Assembly (NCBI GenBank): GCA_964565665.1
Contig: CAZMFZ010000005.1
Span: 1-54,253, forward strand
Direction of reading: 5' to 3'
Length of the DNA: 54,253 bases
Source: an uncultured Bifidobacteriaceae bacterium
GTDB lineage: Bacteria > Bacteroidota > Bacteroidia > Cytophagales > UBA9547
Shown: positions 18,842 to 26,780 of the stretch, piece by piece
Numbering within the stretch: position 1 is the stretch's first letter
How the letters are laid out: each line of letters begins with the position of its first letter
The notes under the pieces: model-generated
Told to the model about the DNA's origin: nothing
Database searches by the model: none
The model's input: the letters and a program-made list of their open reading frames with translations, nothing else
Made by a program: the position numbers and the translations under genes

Positions 18842-19620
18842 TATTTTATAGCATTTTCAAGTACATTAATAAACAACATAGAGGCCACGCCAAAGCAAAT
18901 GGCCACACCTTGAACGATGGGCTTTGAAAATACAGATGTAGTATGCAGTACCGGAATGAGATCGGATGAAGCTATGTAAATAAAGCCTCCAGCTGCTATG
19001 GGCAAAAGATAGGCCACTGGCACATCCATTACACTCCCAAGCAAAAGCACGCAAATAGCACCCAAGGGGCAGGTAAGCGAACAAATAAAATTGTACCAAA
19101 CGGCTTTTTTGGGTGTATATCCGCCATGAATTAAAGTGCCAATATCGCCCAATTCTTGCGGGATTTCATGAATAACAATCGCTATAAATGTGGTGATGCC
19201 CAATTTAATATCTACCATAAAACTACCTGCTATCAAAGTACCATCTACAAAATTGTGTATAGCATCGCCTATCAGGTTCATTTTTGCCATGGGTGTAGGT
19301 TGGTCTTTAGTGTTTGCATTAGTAATAGGGTATATTTCATGACTATGCCGCCAACGCACTACTTTTTCAAGAAAAAAGAAAAGAATGATTCCTCCAATGG
19401 TAAAAAGCAACACCTGTTGCAAATCGCCTATTCTGAAATAAGCATCAGGAATTAGGTGCAAGAAGGCATCTCCAAGCAACACGCCCACCGCAAGACTCAC
19501 TAGAAATTGGATGGAATTTTTTAGTTTTTCCTGTTTTACAAATAATGCGAATGCACCTACAAGGGCAATTACACAAACAAGTAAACTAGCAAAAATGCTA
19601 TATAGCCAAATTGCTATCAT
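18841..19620 (-). CDS. ZIP family divalent-metal permease (ZupT-like)
   Basis: HNFVDGTLIAGSF and HEIPQELGDIGTLI signature helices. Start moved to ATG 19620 (MIAIWLYS...), which sits 1 nt after the upstream stop. Confidence 0.88.
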   Translation of the reverse strand: MIAIWLYSIFASLLVCVIALVGAFALFVKQEKLKNSIQFLVSLAVGVLLGDAFLHLIPDAYFRIGDLQQVLLFTIGGIILFFFLEKVVRWRHSHEIYPITNANTKDQPTPMAKMNLIGDAIHNFVDGTLIAGSFMVDIKLGITTFIAIVIHEIPQELGDIGTLIHGGYTPKKAVWYNFICSLTCPLGAICVLLLGSVMDVPVAYLLPIAAGGFIYIASSDLIPVLHTTSVFSKPIVQGVAICFGVASMLFINVLENAIK

Positions 19621-19621
19621 A

Positions 19622-19939
19622 TTAATTGTACTTAAAATCTTCGTGCAGTTCGAGTAATAATTTGTAATAATCTGTATCAGAAAGTATAAAATCACTTGCA
19701 TGACATTGTACTAATCCTTTTTCCAATAATTCTTTATTAAGGTTTTTTCCTATGAATACCAATTTGGTTTGTCTTTCGTCAGTCTCCCAACTTCCAAAGG
19801 ATTCTACCACGTATTGGTTGTGAACCGATTGAATAATAAATTTTTCGTTTTCATCTGCAACGAATAATATTCCTTTTATACGGTAAATATTGCCTCGACT
19901 TTCAGTTAAAATCACTCGAATGAACCTATCGAATCTCAA
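19622..19939 (-). CDS. Stand-alone CobW C-terminal domain protein (possible remnant of a third COG0523 paralogue)
   Basis: 105 aa, TTG start. RGNIYRIKGILFVADENEKFIIQSVHNQY..ERQTKLVFIGKNLNKELLEKGL aligns by eye with the C-terminus of the 453-aa COG0523. No GTPase domain, and only 121 nt separate it from the upstream gene. Confidence 0.6.
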   Translation of the reverse strand: MRFDRFIRVILTESRGNIYRIKGILFVADENEKFIIQSVHNQYVVESFGSWETDERQTKLVFIGKNLNKELLEKGLVQCHASDFILSDTDYYKLLLELHEDFKYN

Positions 19940-20060
19940 AATATCAAGTAATGATTTTGCATGGGAAATGATCTATTTTGTGGTAGTTACGGTCGTTTGG
20001 TTTGGTGGCTCACCGTTTAAACCGTGGGCGATAATAAAAAATACCGCTAACGTTTCAGCC

Positions 20061-21269
20061 TTACAACACATTGTCCCATTGACTTTCACCTTTTACGTGC
20101 TTGAAGTTTTTAAATTCTTCATCCGTGCACAAGCATTCTTCCAGCTCTTCTGTCACTCGCTGTATATCAATATCTTGTCCTATAAATACAATTTCGTTCA
20201 TGCGATCGCCATAGGTTTTGTCCCATTTAGATTCAATAGTCTTTTTATTTTCTACAAAATCAACAAAAGTAATCCTTTCCGCAAAAGGCATGCTTGCCCA
20301 CCAAACGCCTGCACTTTCAGCTCTTATACTCCCGCCCGCCTGGCTCCAGTTAATAGCAGTAGTAGCATGTGACGCAACCCACATCAAACCTTTACTTCTG
20401 ATAATGCCTGCTGGAAAATTTTCGTTGAAATATTGCCAAAGCCTTTCTGGATGAAAAGGGCGTTTGTTCCTAAATACAAACGATTTTATGCCATATTCTT
20501 CTGTCTCTGGGGTGTGTTCTCTGTTTAATTCTTCTTTCCAAGCCTCAGTTTCTGAGGCTTCATCAAAGTCAAACATGCCTGTGTTCAATATTTGTAGCAA
20601 AGGAATTTTGCTAAAAGAGGTGTCAATTACTTTAGCTTTCGGGTTGAGCTTTTTTATCACTGCTTTCAACTCTCCTGCTTGACTGGGAGAAACCAAATCT
20701 GTCTTATTTACCAATATCACATTGGCAAATTCTATTTGATCCAGCAGCAAATTCACAATCGTCCGCTTATCGTTAGGATCATCGTCATTCAGTTTACGTG
20801 TCCACACGGTATCGATGCTACCAAAATCTTTGGCGAAATTAAAAGCATCTACCACCGTAACCATGGTGTCGAGTTGGGCATATTTAGATAAATCTACTTT
20901 GCCATCTTCGGACACAAAACTAAAAGTTTGGGCTATCGGAATAGGTTCTGAAATACCTGTGCTTTCTATTAATAGATAATCGAAACGGTTTTCTAAAGCC
21001 AGTTTTTCGACTTCGATCATTAAATCTTCTCTCAATGTGCAGCATATACAACCGTTGGACATTTCAACAAGTTTTTCTTCCGTTCTTGAAAGTGTGTTTT
21101 CTTTCGATACCAAAGCGGCATCTACATTTATTTCGCTCATGTCATTCACAATCACGGCTACTTTTAAGCCTTCTTTATTATGTAAAATGTGGTTGAGCAA
21201 AGTAGTTTTACCTGCGCCTAGGAATCCACTGAGTACGGTGACGGGAAGTTTTTGAAAAGGTGTTTTCAT
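20061..21269 (-). CDS. COG0523 GTPase, ZigA/ZagA(YciC)-like zinc metallochaperone subfamily
   Basis: 402 aa. [27 protein letters not shown] and the subfamily-typical [26 protein letters not shown] segment as in B. subtilis YciC. Confidence 0.88.
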   Translation of the reverse strand: MKTPFQKLPVTVLSGFLGAGKTTLLNHILHNKEGLKVAVIVNDMSEINVDAALVSKENTLSRTEEKLVEMSNGCICCTLREDLMIEVEKLALENRFDYLLIESTGISEPIPIAQTFSFVSEDGKVDLSKYAQLDTMVTVVDAFNFAKDFGSIDTVWTRKLNDDDPNDKRTIVNLLLDQIEFANVILVNKTDLVSPSQAGELKAVIKKLNPKAKVIDTSFSKIPLLQILNTGMFDFDEASETEAWKEELNREHTPETEEYGIKSFVFRNKRPFHPERLWQYFNENFPAGIIRSKGLMWVASHATTAINWSQAGGSIRAESAGVWWASMPFAERITFVDFVENKKTIESKWDKTYGDRMNEIVFIGQDIDIQRVTEELEECLCTDEEFKNFKHVKGESQWDNVL

Positions 21270-21274
21270 GGTAT

Positions 21275-21754
21275 TTATTTATGTTCTTTTAGCATCTTTA
21301 CATCGTCTGCCTTGATCTTATCATGGTCGGCCGTCATTTGGGTATGCTGTTTTTTCATGTTTTCGTGGTCTGCTACCATTTTATCATGTTCCTCTTGTAC
21401 CGTCAAATCGTTTAAAGTTTTCTCGGTATGTTGCTTCTCTATATCCGCATGTGTTTGAGTTAATAATTTATGCTCTTCCGCCATTTGTGCGTGTTTGTCC
21501 ATCATTGCCACATGTTGCATTTCCATGGTTGTATGCGAGCTATCCTGAGTAGAACCTACTATTTGCTTGTGTTGCATTACCCATTCAAGATGTTCGTTTT
21601 CCAATTGGGTATGTTCCGCTTCAAGTGTGGAATCTTCCATTTCAAAATCTTTGTGCGATTGCGCTAATTTTTGGTGAAGATTATTCTTAATACAACCTGT
21701 TAACACAATGGCAATCGCAAAAGAAATTGCAAAAGCACTTTTATAAAAGTTCAT
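21275..21754 (-). CDS. His/Met-rich lipoprotein with an HxxMxxxH heptad pattern
   Basis: Signal peptide plus lipobox (VLTGC). The mature part is helical and low in complexity, e.g. [27 protein letters not shown], with His and Met alternating at i/i+3/i+7. Confidence 0.75.
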   Translation of the reverse strand: MNFYKSAFAISFAIAIVLTGCIKNNLHQKLAQSHKDFEMEDSTLEAEHTQLENEHLEWVMQHKQIVGSTQDSSHTTMEMQHVAMMDKHAQMAEEHKLLTQTHADIEKQHTEKTLNDLTVQEEHDKMVADHENMKKQHTQMTADHDKIKADDVKMLKEHK

Positions 21755-21796
21755 CTGGATAGATTTGGATTGGTGGGATGTTAGAATAATTTAGAT

Positions 21797-21833
21797 AAAC
21801 CAATCTGTGATTATTTATTTCACAGATTGGTTT
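21797..21833 (-). terminator. Perfect 14-bp-stem hairpin between the lipoprotein and His/Met genes (intra-operon attenuator or RNA-stability element)
   Basis: aaaccaatctgtga-ttatttatt-tcacagattggttt. Starts 7 nt after the lipoprotein stop. Only a weak U-tract follows on the minus strand. Confidence 0.45.
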
Positions 21834-21839
21834 AAAAGA

Positions 21840-22418
21840 TTAATCCACAACAGTTACATCAAACTCAAGATCGAAATCGGCTTCACCTTCTTCTATATTG
21901 TTTGTTTTAGTGATACCGTCAAAATGCCTGAGGGTGACACGAAGTTTACCCATTCCAGTTACGCTACCCACTGTGGCGGTGTATGTCAAGCCTATGGGTT
22001 GGTTATTCTTATCTAGGTCTGTAATTGCCAATGCCATAGTAGTGCCTGAAGTTGTCGAAGGACTGTACACATAATGAAATCTATGCGCATCGGCTTCTTC
22101 TGCTATTTCCTCATTTACAAACTTAATTGGGGTTTTGGTATCATCGAAAATACTCACGGTGCCAATGTAGGCCAGTCCCTTTTTCAACGTTAGTCCTGTA
22201 ATAGTTGAGGGTTTTGGACCACTGTCATCCGGATCTGTAAATGTTGCAGTTCGAACATCAGTTCCAGAGGTGAAAGTCAGCATAATTCGGGTAATGGCCT
22301 CCTCATCTCCGGCTCCTGTGCCTTGGTCTTTCGGTTTTACTTCATCTTTAGTACATGAACTAAGTACAAGCGTAGCCATGATGGCTGCTGTTGAAATGGT
22401 GTAAATTAACTTTTTCAT
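21840..22418 (-). CDS. Lipoprotein of unknown function encoded directly after the TonB-dependent receptor
   Basis: 192 aa, lipobox LSSCTK, beta-rich Thr/Gly-rich mature part. 30 nt downstream of the TBDR stop. Confidence 0.7.
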   Translation of the reverse strand: MKKLIYTISTAAIMATLVLSSCTKDEVKPKDQGTGAGDEEAITRIMLTFTSGTDVRTATFTDPDDSGPKPSTITGLTLKKGLAYIGTVSIFDDTKTPIKFVNEEIAEEADAHRFHYVYSPSTTSGTTMALAITDLDKNNQPIGLTYTATVGSVTGMGKLRVTLRHFDGITKTNNIEEGEADFDLEFDVTVVD

Positions 22419-22448
22419 TTTTTTTAAATTGTTTTAAAGTGTGATTAA

Positions 22449-24800
22449 TTAAACATTGTATTTATAAATAGATAATGGAATTTTGACCCTTAAAATGAAA
22501 TTTCGCCCGGGTTCGTCTGCGAAATAGCGATAGCGGTTCATGTACTCCCTGTAAGAGGTATTGAATAAATTGTTTACTTGAAAATTGATATTGATAAGTT
22601 GCTTTCCTATTGCTACATCAGCGCCTAACTCCAATGCAGCCAAAGCATAGCCCTGTGGAGGTGGAGCAAAATCACTATTTGGGTTTACCCTAGTTTGTGT
22701 GGCAGTAAAGGAGCCTGTCACTTGGCCATACAAGGCATTTTTTTTCAAAAATTGAGAAAATTCTGGTTGCCAACGTGCCGATACTTCACCACGGTATGGC
22801 GGTATATAAACCATGTAATCACTAAAGGTTTCATTGTAGGCATTGACAGCCGACCCTTTGGCTACCAAATTCACTTGCTTGGTAAGTGCAAAAATTGCAT
22901 TCAAATCTATCCCGTAAAACGAGGCATTGGTCTGTGTGTATGCAAACTCCAACAGTTGCCCGACTCTCGTTTCCCTGTATAATAACGTGGGTTGCAGATA
23001 TATATAATTGTTGATATAGGCATAATGAACAGTGGCCTCAAAAGACAGCCTAGAACTTTGGTAGTTAGCACTACTAACAAATTTATAACCCTGTTCAGCC
23101 TTTAAATTGGCATTGCCTACTTCCACAAATACACTTCCGTGCACCTGCCCGTTTACAAACATCTCGTTGGGCGTAGGCGGACGAAATGTGGCACCTACAT
23201 TGCTTTTCAAAGTGAAGTGTGGCGACAAGCGAAAACTAGCGCCCATATTGCCCGAAAAATTTTGATACCTGTAGCTGCTGTCGCTGAATTGCGACCCTCT
23301 TCTGAACAAATAGTTGTAATTCTTGACATCATACCGCATACCAGCTTCAAGTTCTAGGCGGTTTAGCTTCCACTTTTCGATGATAAAAGCCCCATACGAA
23401 TTACTAAAATAAGTTGGAATAAGAAACCGTGTACCATCCCACTCATTGACCTGTTGCTGGTAAACTACACCAATTAAACCCTGAAAATGTTGTCCTTGAA
23501 AATGGTCAAATACCAATTCTGCCGATTGGGTAGCCAGTTTAAAATCATACTGCGGACTTGATTTTAAAGAATCCTTTAAAGGAGGATGCCTGTCGTACTC
23601 TTGCCTATGGTTCCATTGGCTGCCTAATGTCAATGATAATTTACCAATGGTCGAAATATTGAATTGCGTTTTAAGGCTGAACAAATGGTGCGTTACATTT
23701 TGGTATCCTCTGTTAATCGCGTAGGTAAACGGCTCTGCTAATCTTGGTTGTGCTCGTTGAATGGCCAATGCCAGGTCTTTTGTGTTGTTGGGCTGAGCAT
23801 CTGGCAATATGCCCAATGTGGTATTAAAACGGCTAAAGTAGGCTTCTACACTGAATTTTTTCTTTAAATATCCCAAAGAAGCCGAATAATTACCTTCTCT
23901 ATAACTAGTATTAGACAATATATATTTGGGAGCTTCGGCACTCCCAGCGTGTTTGTAACTGCCCTGTACCCTCCATTTCAAATCAGGCAACCTGGCAATA
24001 TTGCCTTCTAACATCAGCGAACCAACCCCCATTCTGTTGTTGGAAAAACCTCCCAAATTGAGTTCACCACCCAATCCGCTCATATTCTTGAGTGATTTGG
24101 GCTCCACAATTATCACACCAGCAATGGCATCCGAACCATACCGAAGTCCTGAAGCTCCTTTCACAACTGTCAATTTATTGGTAATAAATGGGTCGATTTC
24201 CGGTGCGTGTTCAGCTCCCCATTGCTGGGTTTCTAGCCGCAATCCGCCATTCATAATCAGTAACCTGTTGCTATGCATACCGTGCAACACAGGTTTTGCT
24301 ATGCTAGGTCCGGTCTGGAAAGTGAACATGCCAGGAATTTCCCTTAGCGATTCTGCCAAATTAAGCCCACGAGTTCTATCCAAGGCTTTGGCCTCGAGCG
24401 TATTAATTGGCTGAGATACTAAATATATTTCCTGCCTTTCTCCCATTATCACTACAGATTCGAGCACGTTAGTGTCAGCTTGAAGCACAATATCCATGTG
24501 CGTAAATTTATTAATCACAATGGTTTGCTCCAATGGTTTATATCCTAAGTAACTTACTTTTACTAAAAACTTACCTGCACAAAGTGATGCCATTCTATAC
24601 TCCCCTTTTTCGTTGGTTTCCGTTCCTTTGTTTAGCTCTTGAATATAGATAATTGCGCCAAGCAAAGGCTTTTGCGAGATCCCTTCGTATACATGACCTT
24701 TAAAGGTATAGGTACATATTTTTGAGGTGTCAGTTTGGGCGTGCGTAATTGTTAGGCAGAAAACCATCATTAACAAGGTAATCTTTGAGATTAAAGTCAC
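22449..24800 (-). CDS. TonB-dependent receptor with an N-terminal CarboxypepD_reg domain
   Basis: 783 aa with a signal peptide, a CarboxypepD_reg-like segment (GHVYEG...KGEYRM..L..GKFLVKVSYLGY), a plug, and a long beta-barrel with alternating aromatic pattern. No SusD partner. Confidence 0.9.
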   Translation of the reverse strand: MTLISKITLLMMVFCLTITHAQTDTSKICTYTFKGHVYEGISQKPLLGAIIYIQELNKGTETNEKGEYRMASLCAGKFLVKVSYLGYKPLEQTIVINKFTHMDIVLQADTNVLESVVIMGERQEIYLVSQPINTLEAKALDRTRGLNLAESLREIPGMFTFQTGPSIAKPVLHGMHSNRLLIMNGGLRLETQQWGAEHAPEIDPFITNKLTVVKGASGLRYGSDAIAGVIIVEPKSLKNMSGLGGELNLGGFSNNRMGVGSLMLEGNIARLPDLKWRVQGSYKHAGSAEAPKYILSNTSYREGNYSASLGYLKKKFSVEAYFSRFNTTLGILPDAQPNNTKDLALAIQRAQPRLAEPFTYAINRGYQNVTHHLFSLKTQFNISTIGKLSLTLGSQWNHRQEYDRHPPLKDSLKSSPQYDFKLATQSAELVFDHFQGQHFQGLIGVVYQQQVNEWDGTRFLIPTYFSNSYGAFIIEKWKLNRLELEAGMRYDVKNYNYLFRRGSQFSDSSYRYQNFSGNMGASFRLSPHFTLKSNVGATFRPPTPNEMFVNGQVHGSVFVEVGNANLKAEQGYKFVSSANYQSSRLSFEATVHYAYINNYIYLQPTLLYRETRVGQLLEFAYTQTNASFYGIDLNAIFALTKQVNLVAKGSAVNAYNETFSDYMVYIPPYRGEVSARWQPEFSQFLKKNALYGQVTGSFTATQTRVNPNSDFAPPPQGYALAALELGADVAIGKQLININFQVNNLFNTSYREYMNRYRYFADEPGRNFILRVKIPLSIYKYNV

Positions 24801-24872
24801 TTAGGGAATACATTAAAAGCCTTCTTCTGGAAGACAAAATAAATAGAGGAAGATGAGCGGATAGAAATATCC

Positions 24873-25199
24873 TTATAAAAATGGGGGGGCTCGCCCTTGA
24901 GAAAAAATGGTTACAAATTTTAAATCGGCAAATACTACATGAAAAAAGCTTAATTCCAACCGCAGTAAAAGGTTTGATGAGGTTATGCATTCATGAAATA
25001 ATTCATTAAATATATGCACCGCACAGATAGCACACTTGTCTTTGCTTACACCGAATACGACTTTACCTTGCGCTTTGTGTTGATGAAGTTCGTTATCTTC
25101 AGCCTCGTGTGTATGCAAAAGATTAGCCGCCACTTGCGTAAAAAATAGGTTTGTGAGCAACACACATGAAACAGCAATAAGTAAAACTCTATTTTTCAA
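24873..25199 (-). CDS. Small secreted His/Cys protein, first gene of the metal cluster
   Basis: 108 aa, TTG start and signal peptide, then LLHTHEAEDNELHQH...KCAICAVH...HEC...APP. Loosely reminiscent of small Cys proteins found ahead of metal TBDRs (DUF2946 / HYC_CC_PP types), but not a confident match. Confidence 0.5.
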   Translation of the reverse strand: MKNRVLLIAVSCVLLTNLFFTQVAANLLHTHEAEDNELHQHKAQGKVVFGVSKDKCAICAVHIFNELFHECITSSNLLLRLELSFFHVVFADLKFVTIFSQGRAPPFL

Positions 25200-25225
25200 T
25201 CCTATCTATGAAGCATTCTAAGGTA

Positions 25226-25267
25226 CAAATATAAAGAAAAGAATAGTATTTGCAACAAAGTTGCAAC
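25226..25267 (-). promoter_or_regulatory. Candidate Bacteroidota sigmaA promoter (TTG-N19-TATATTTG) with a doubled GTTGCAAC palindrome over the -33 element
   Basis: Minus strand reads GTTGCAACtttGTTGCAAAtactattcttttcttTATATTTG. The -7 box (25233-25226) ends about 26 nt before the TTG start at 25199. The two 8-mers are centred 11 bp apart. Confidence 0.45.
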
Positions 25268-25328
25268 TGAATAGTGGTTTACTAAGCTATTTTTCAATTA
25301 CCTAACCTGTGTATGCCAATAACCCAAG

Positions 25329-26576
25329 CTATGCACTTTGTTTTTCTTCATTACCTGAAGTTGAATTCGGCTCTATAATCTTCAGAATGTTGTGTCCCAT
25401 TTTGTCGCGTTTGGTTTCCAAATATTTCTGGTTGTGAATATTTGGCTCTATTTCAATGGCAATGCTGTCTACAATTTCAAGTCCGTAGCCCATCAAACCG
25501 ACTCTTTTTTTAGGATTATTTGAAATGAGTTTAATTTTTGAAATACCCAAATCACGTAATATCTGTGCCCCAACGCCATAATCACGCTCGTCCATCTGAA
25601 AACCAAGCGATAAATTGGCCTCTACAGTGTCCATACCCATTTCCTGTAGTTTGTAGGCTTTCAGTTTGTTGAGTAGGCCAATGCCACGCCCTTCCTGATT
25701 CATGTACAACACTACGCCTTTGCCCGATTTATTTACCATTTCCATAGCCGCATGAAGTTGTTGGCCACAGTCGCAGCGTTCAGAGCCAAAAATATCGCCT
25801 GTAACGCACGAAGAATGCACCCGAACCAATACAGATTCATCGGCATTCCAACTGCCTTTAACCAAAGCCAAATGTTCTTCGCCAGTATTAATTTGTTTGT
25901 AAGCAACCAAATCAAATAAACCCCATTGCGTGGGCATTTGTACCGATATTTCACGTTTAATCAGGCTTTCGGTAGCAATGCGATAGGCTATCAAATCTTT
26001 TATACTCACCAATTTCAAATCAAATTTATCGGCAATTTTCCTCAAGTCGGGCAAGCGAGCCATTTCTCCATCGTCTTTCAATACTTCTACCAACACACCT
26101 GAGGGATTTAAGCCTGCCAAACGAGCAAAATCAAGAGCTGCTTCGGTGTGTCCAGTTCTTCGCAACACTCCGCCATTTCTGGCCTTTAGTGGAAATATAT
26201 GGCCAGGTCTGCCCAGCTCTTGAGGTTTGGTAGCTGGGTTTACCAATGCTTGCACGGTTTTCGACCTGTCTTGAGCAGATATTCCTGTAGTGCAGCCGTA
26301 GCCAAGCAAATCTACTGAAACAGTAAATGGAGTAGCATGGGTAGAAGTGTTGCTACCAACCATCATATCGAGGCCAAGTTCTTCACAACGTGCCTCAGTG
26401 AGGGAAATGCAAATCAGCCCTCGGGCTTCCTTGGTCATAAAATTGATGATTTCGGGAGTCGCCATTTCTGAGGCACATATCATATCGCCTTCATTTTCAC
26501 GGTCTTCATCATCAACCACTATTATTATTTTACCTTTTTTTATGTCTTCAATGGCCGATTTTATGGTGTTAAGCAT
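25329..26576 (-). CDS. ribBA: Bifunctional 3,4-dihydroxy-2-butanone-4-phosphate synthase / GTP cyclohydrolase II
   Basis: 415 aa. RibB half ([10 protein letters not shown]) and RibA half ([20 protein letters not shown]). Full length. Confidence 0.95.
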   Translation of the reverse strand: MLNTIKSAIEDIKKGKIIIVVDDEDRENEGDMICASEMATPEIINFMTKEARGLICISLTEARCEELGLDMMVGSNTSTHATPFTVSVDLLGYGCTTGISAQDRSKTVQALVNPATKPQELGRPGHIFPLKARNGGVLRRTGHTEAALDFARLAGLNPSGVLVEVLKDDGEMARLPDLRKIADKFDLKLVSIKDLIAYRIATESLIKREISVQMPTQWGLFDLVAYKQINTGEEHLALVKGSWNADESVLVRVHSSCVTGDIFGSERCDCGQQLHAAMEMVNKSGKGVVLYMNQEGRGIGLLNKLKAYKLQEMGMDTVEANLSLGFQMDERDYGVGAQILRDLGISKIKLISNNPKKRVGLMGYGLEIVDSIAIEIEPNIHNQKYLETKRDKMGHNILKIIEPNSTSGNEEKQSA

Positions 26577-26749
26577 ATTCTATTTTATTATTTTTCAAAA
26601 TTACCCCTAAACACCTTAGAAACAATAGGATAATAATAGGTAGTTCGGTTCGGTTGAGCTTTCAAAATTGATACCTTTGTAGATAAATCAACAAACGAAT
26701 ATCCATAAGCTAAATGCTTGACACCCTTGGGTATTAAAACTTCAAAATG

Positions 26750-26771
26750 CTCCCCTTTGGGGTTGGGGGTT
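26750..26771 (-). repeat. C5/G5 mini-hairpin repeat, copy g
   Basis: ctcccctttggggttgggggtt. Its reverse complement is aacccccaaccccaaaggggag. Ends 10 nt before the purQ ATG. Confidence 0.6.
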
Positions 26772-26780
26772 TTTATTATT

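Noticed and set aside
20011-20026. Near-palindrome CACCGTTTAAACCGTG between the ZigA-like gene and the CobW_C ORF.
   Set aside because: It has a C/C mismatch and, as a hairpin, a 2-nt loop. There is no T-tract and no second occurrence.
24730-24990. 86-aa ORF overlapping the 5' end of the TBDR gene and the 3' end of the small His/Cys gene.
   Set aside because: It is out of frame with both better-supported genes, has no signal or motif, and spans their intergenic gap.
25200-25328. Cobalamin riboswitch, which would make the TBDR plus CobW-family cluster a B12 uptake locus.
   Set aside because: No B12-box-like GC-rich core is visible upstream of the first gene. The COG0523 proteins look like the ZigA/ZagA and YjiA types rather than cobalamin-pathway CobW, and no cob or btu genes are present. 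I could not run an Rfam RF00174 scan.
25329-26576. ribBA as a member of the metal cluster (GTP cyclohydrolase II is a zinc enzyme, and Zur regulons sometimes include RibA paralogues).
   Set aside because: It looks like the normal full-length housekeeping ribBA. A 129-nt spacer carrying the candidate promoter separates it from the cluster. Adjacency alone is not evidence.
26577-26780. Possible FMN riboswitch in the leader of ribBA.
   Set aside because: Read on the minus strand, the region is AT-rich and lacks the conserved GC-rich FMN-element helices. The only GC-rich piece is a copy of the C5/G5 repeat oriented with purQ. A covariance-model scan (Rfam RF00050) would settle it.
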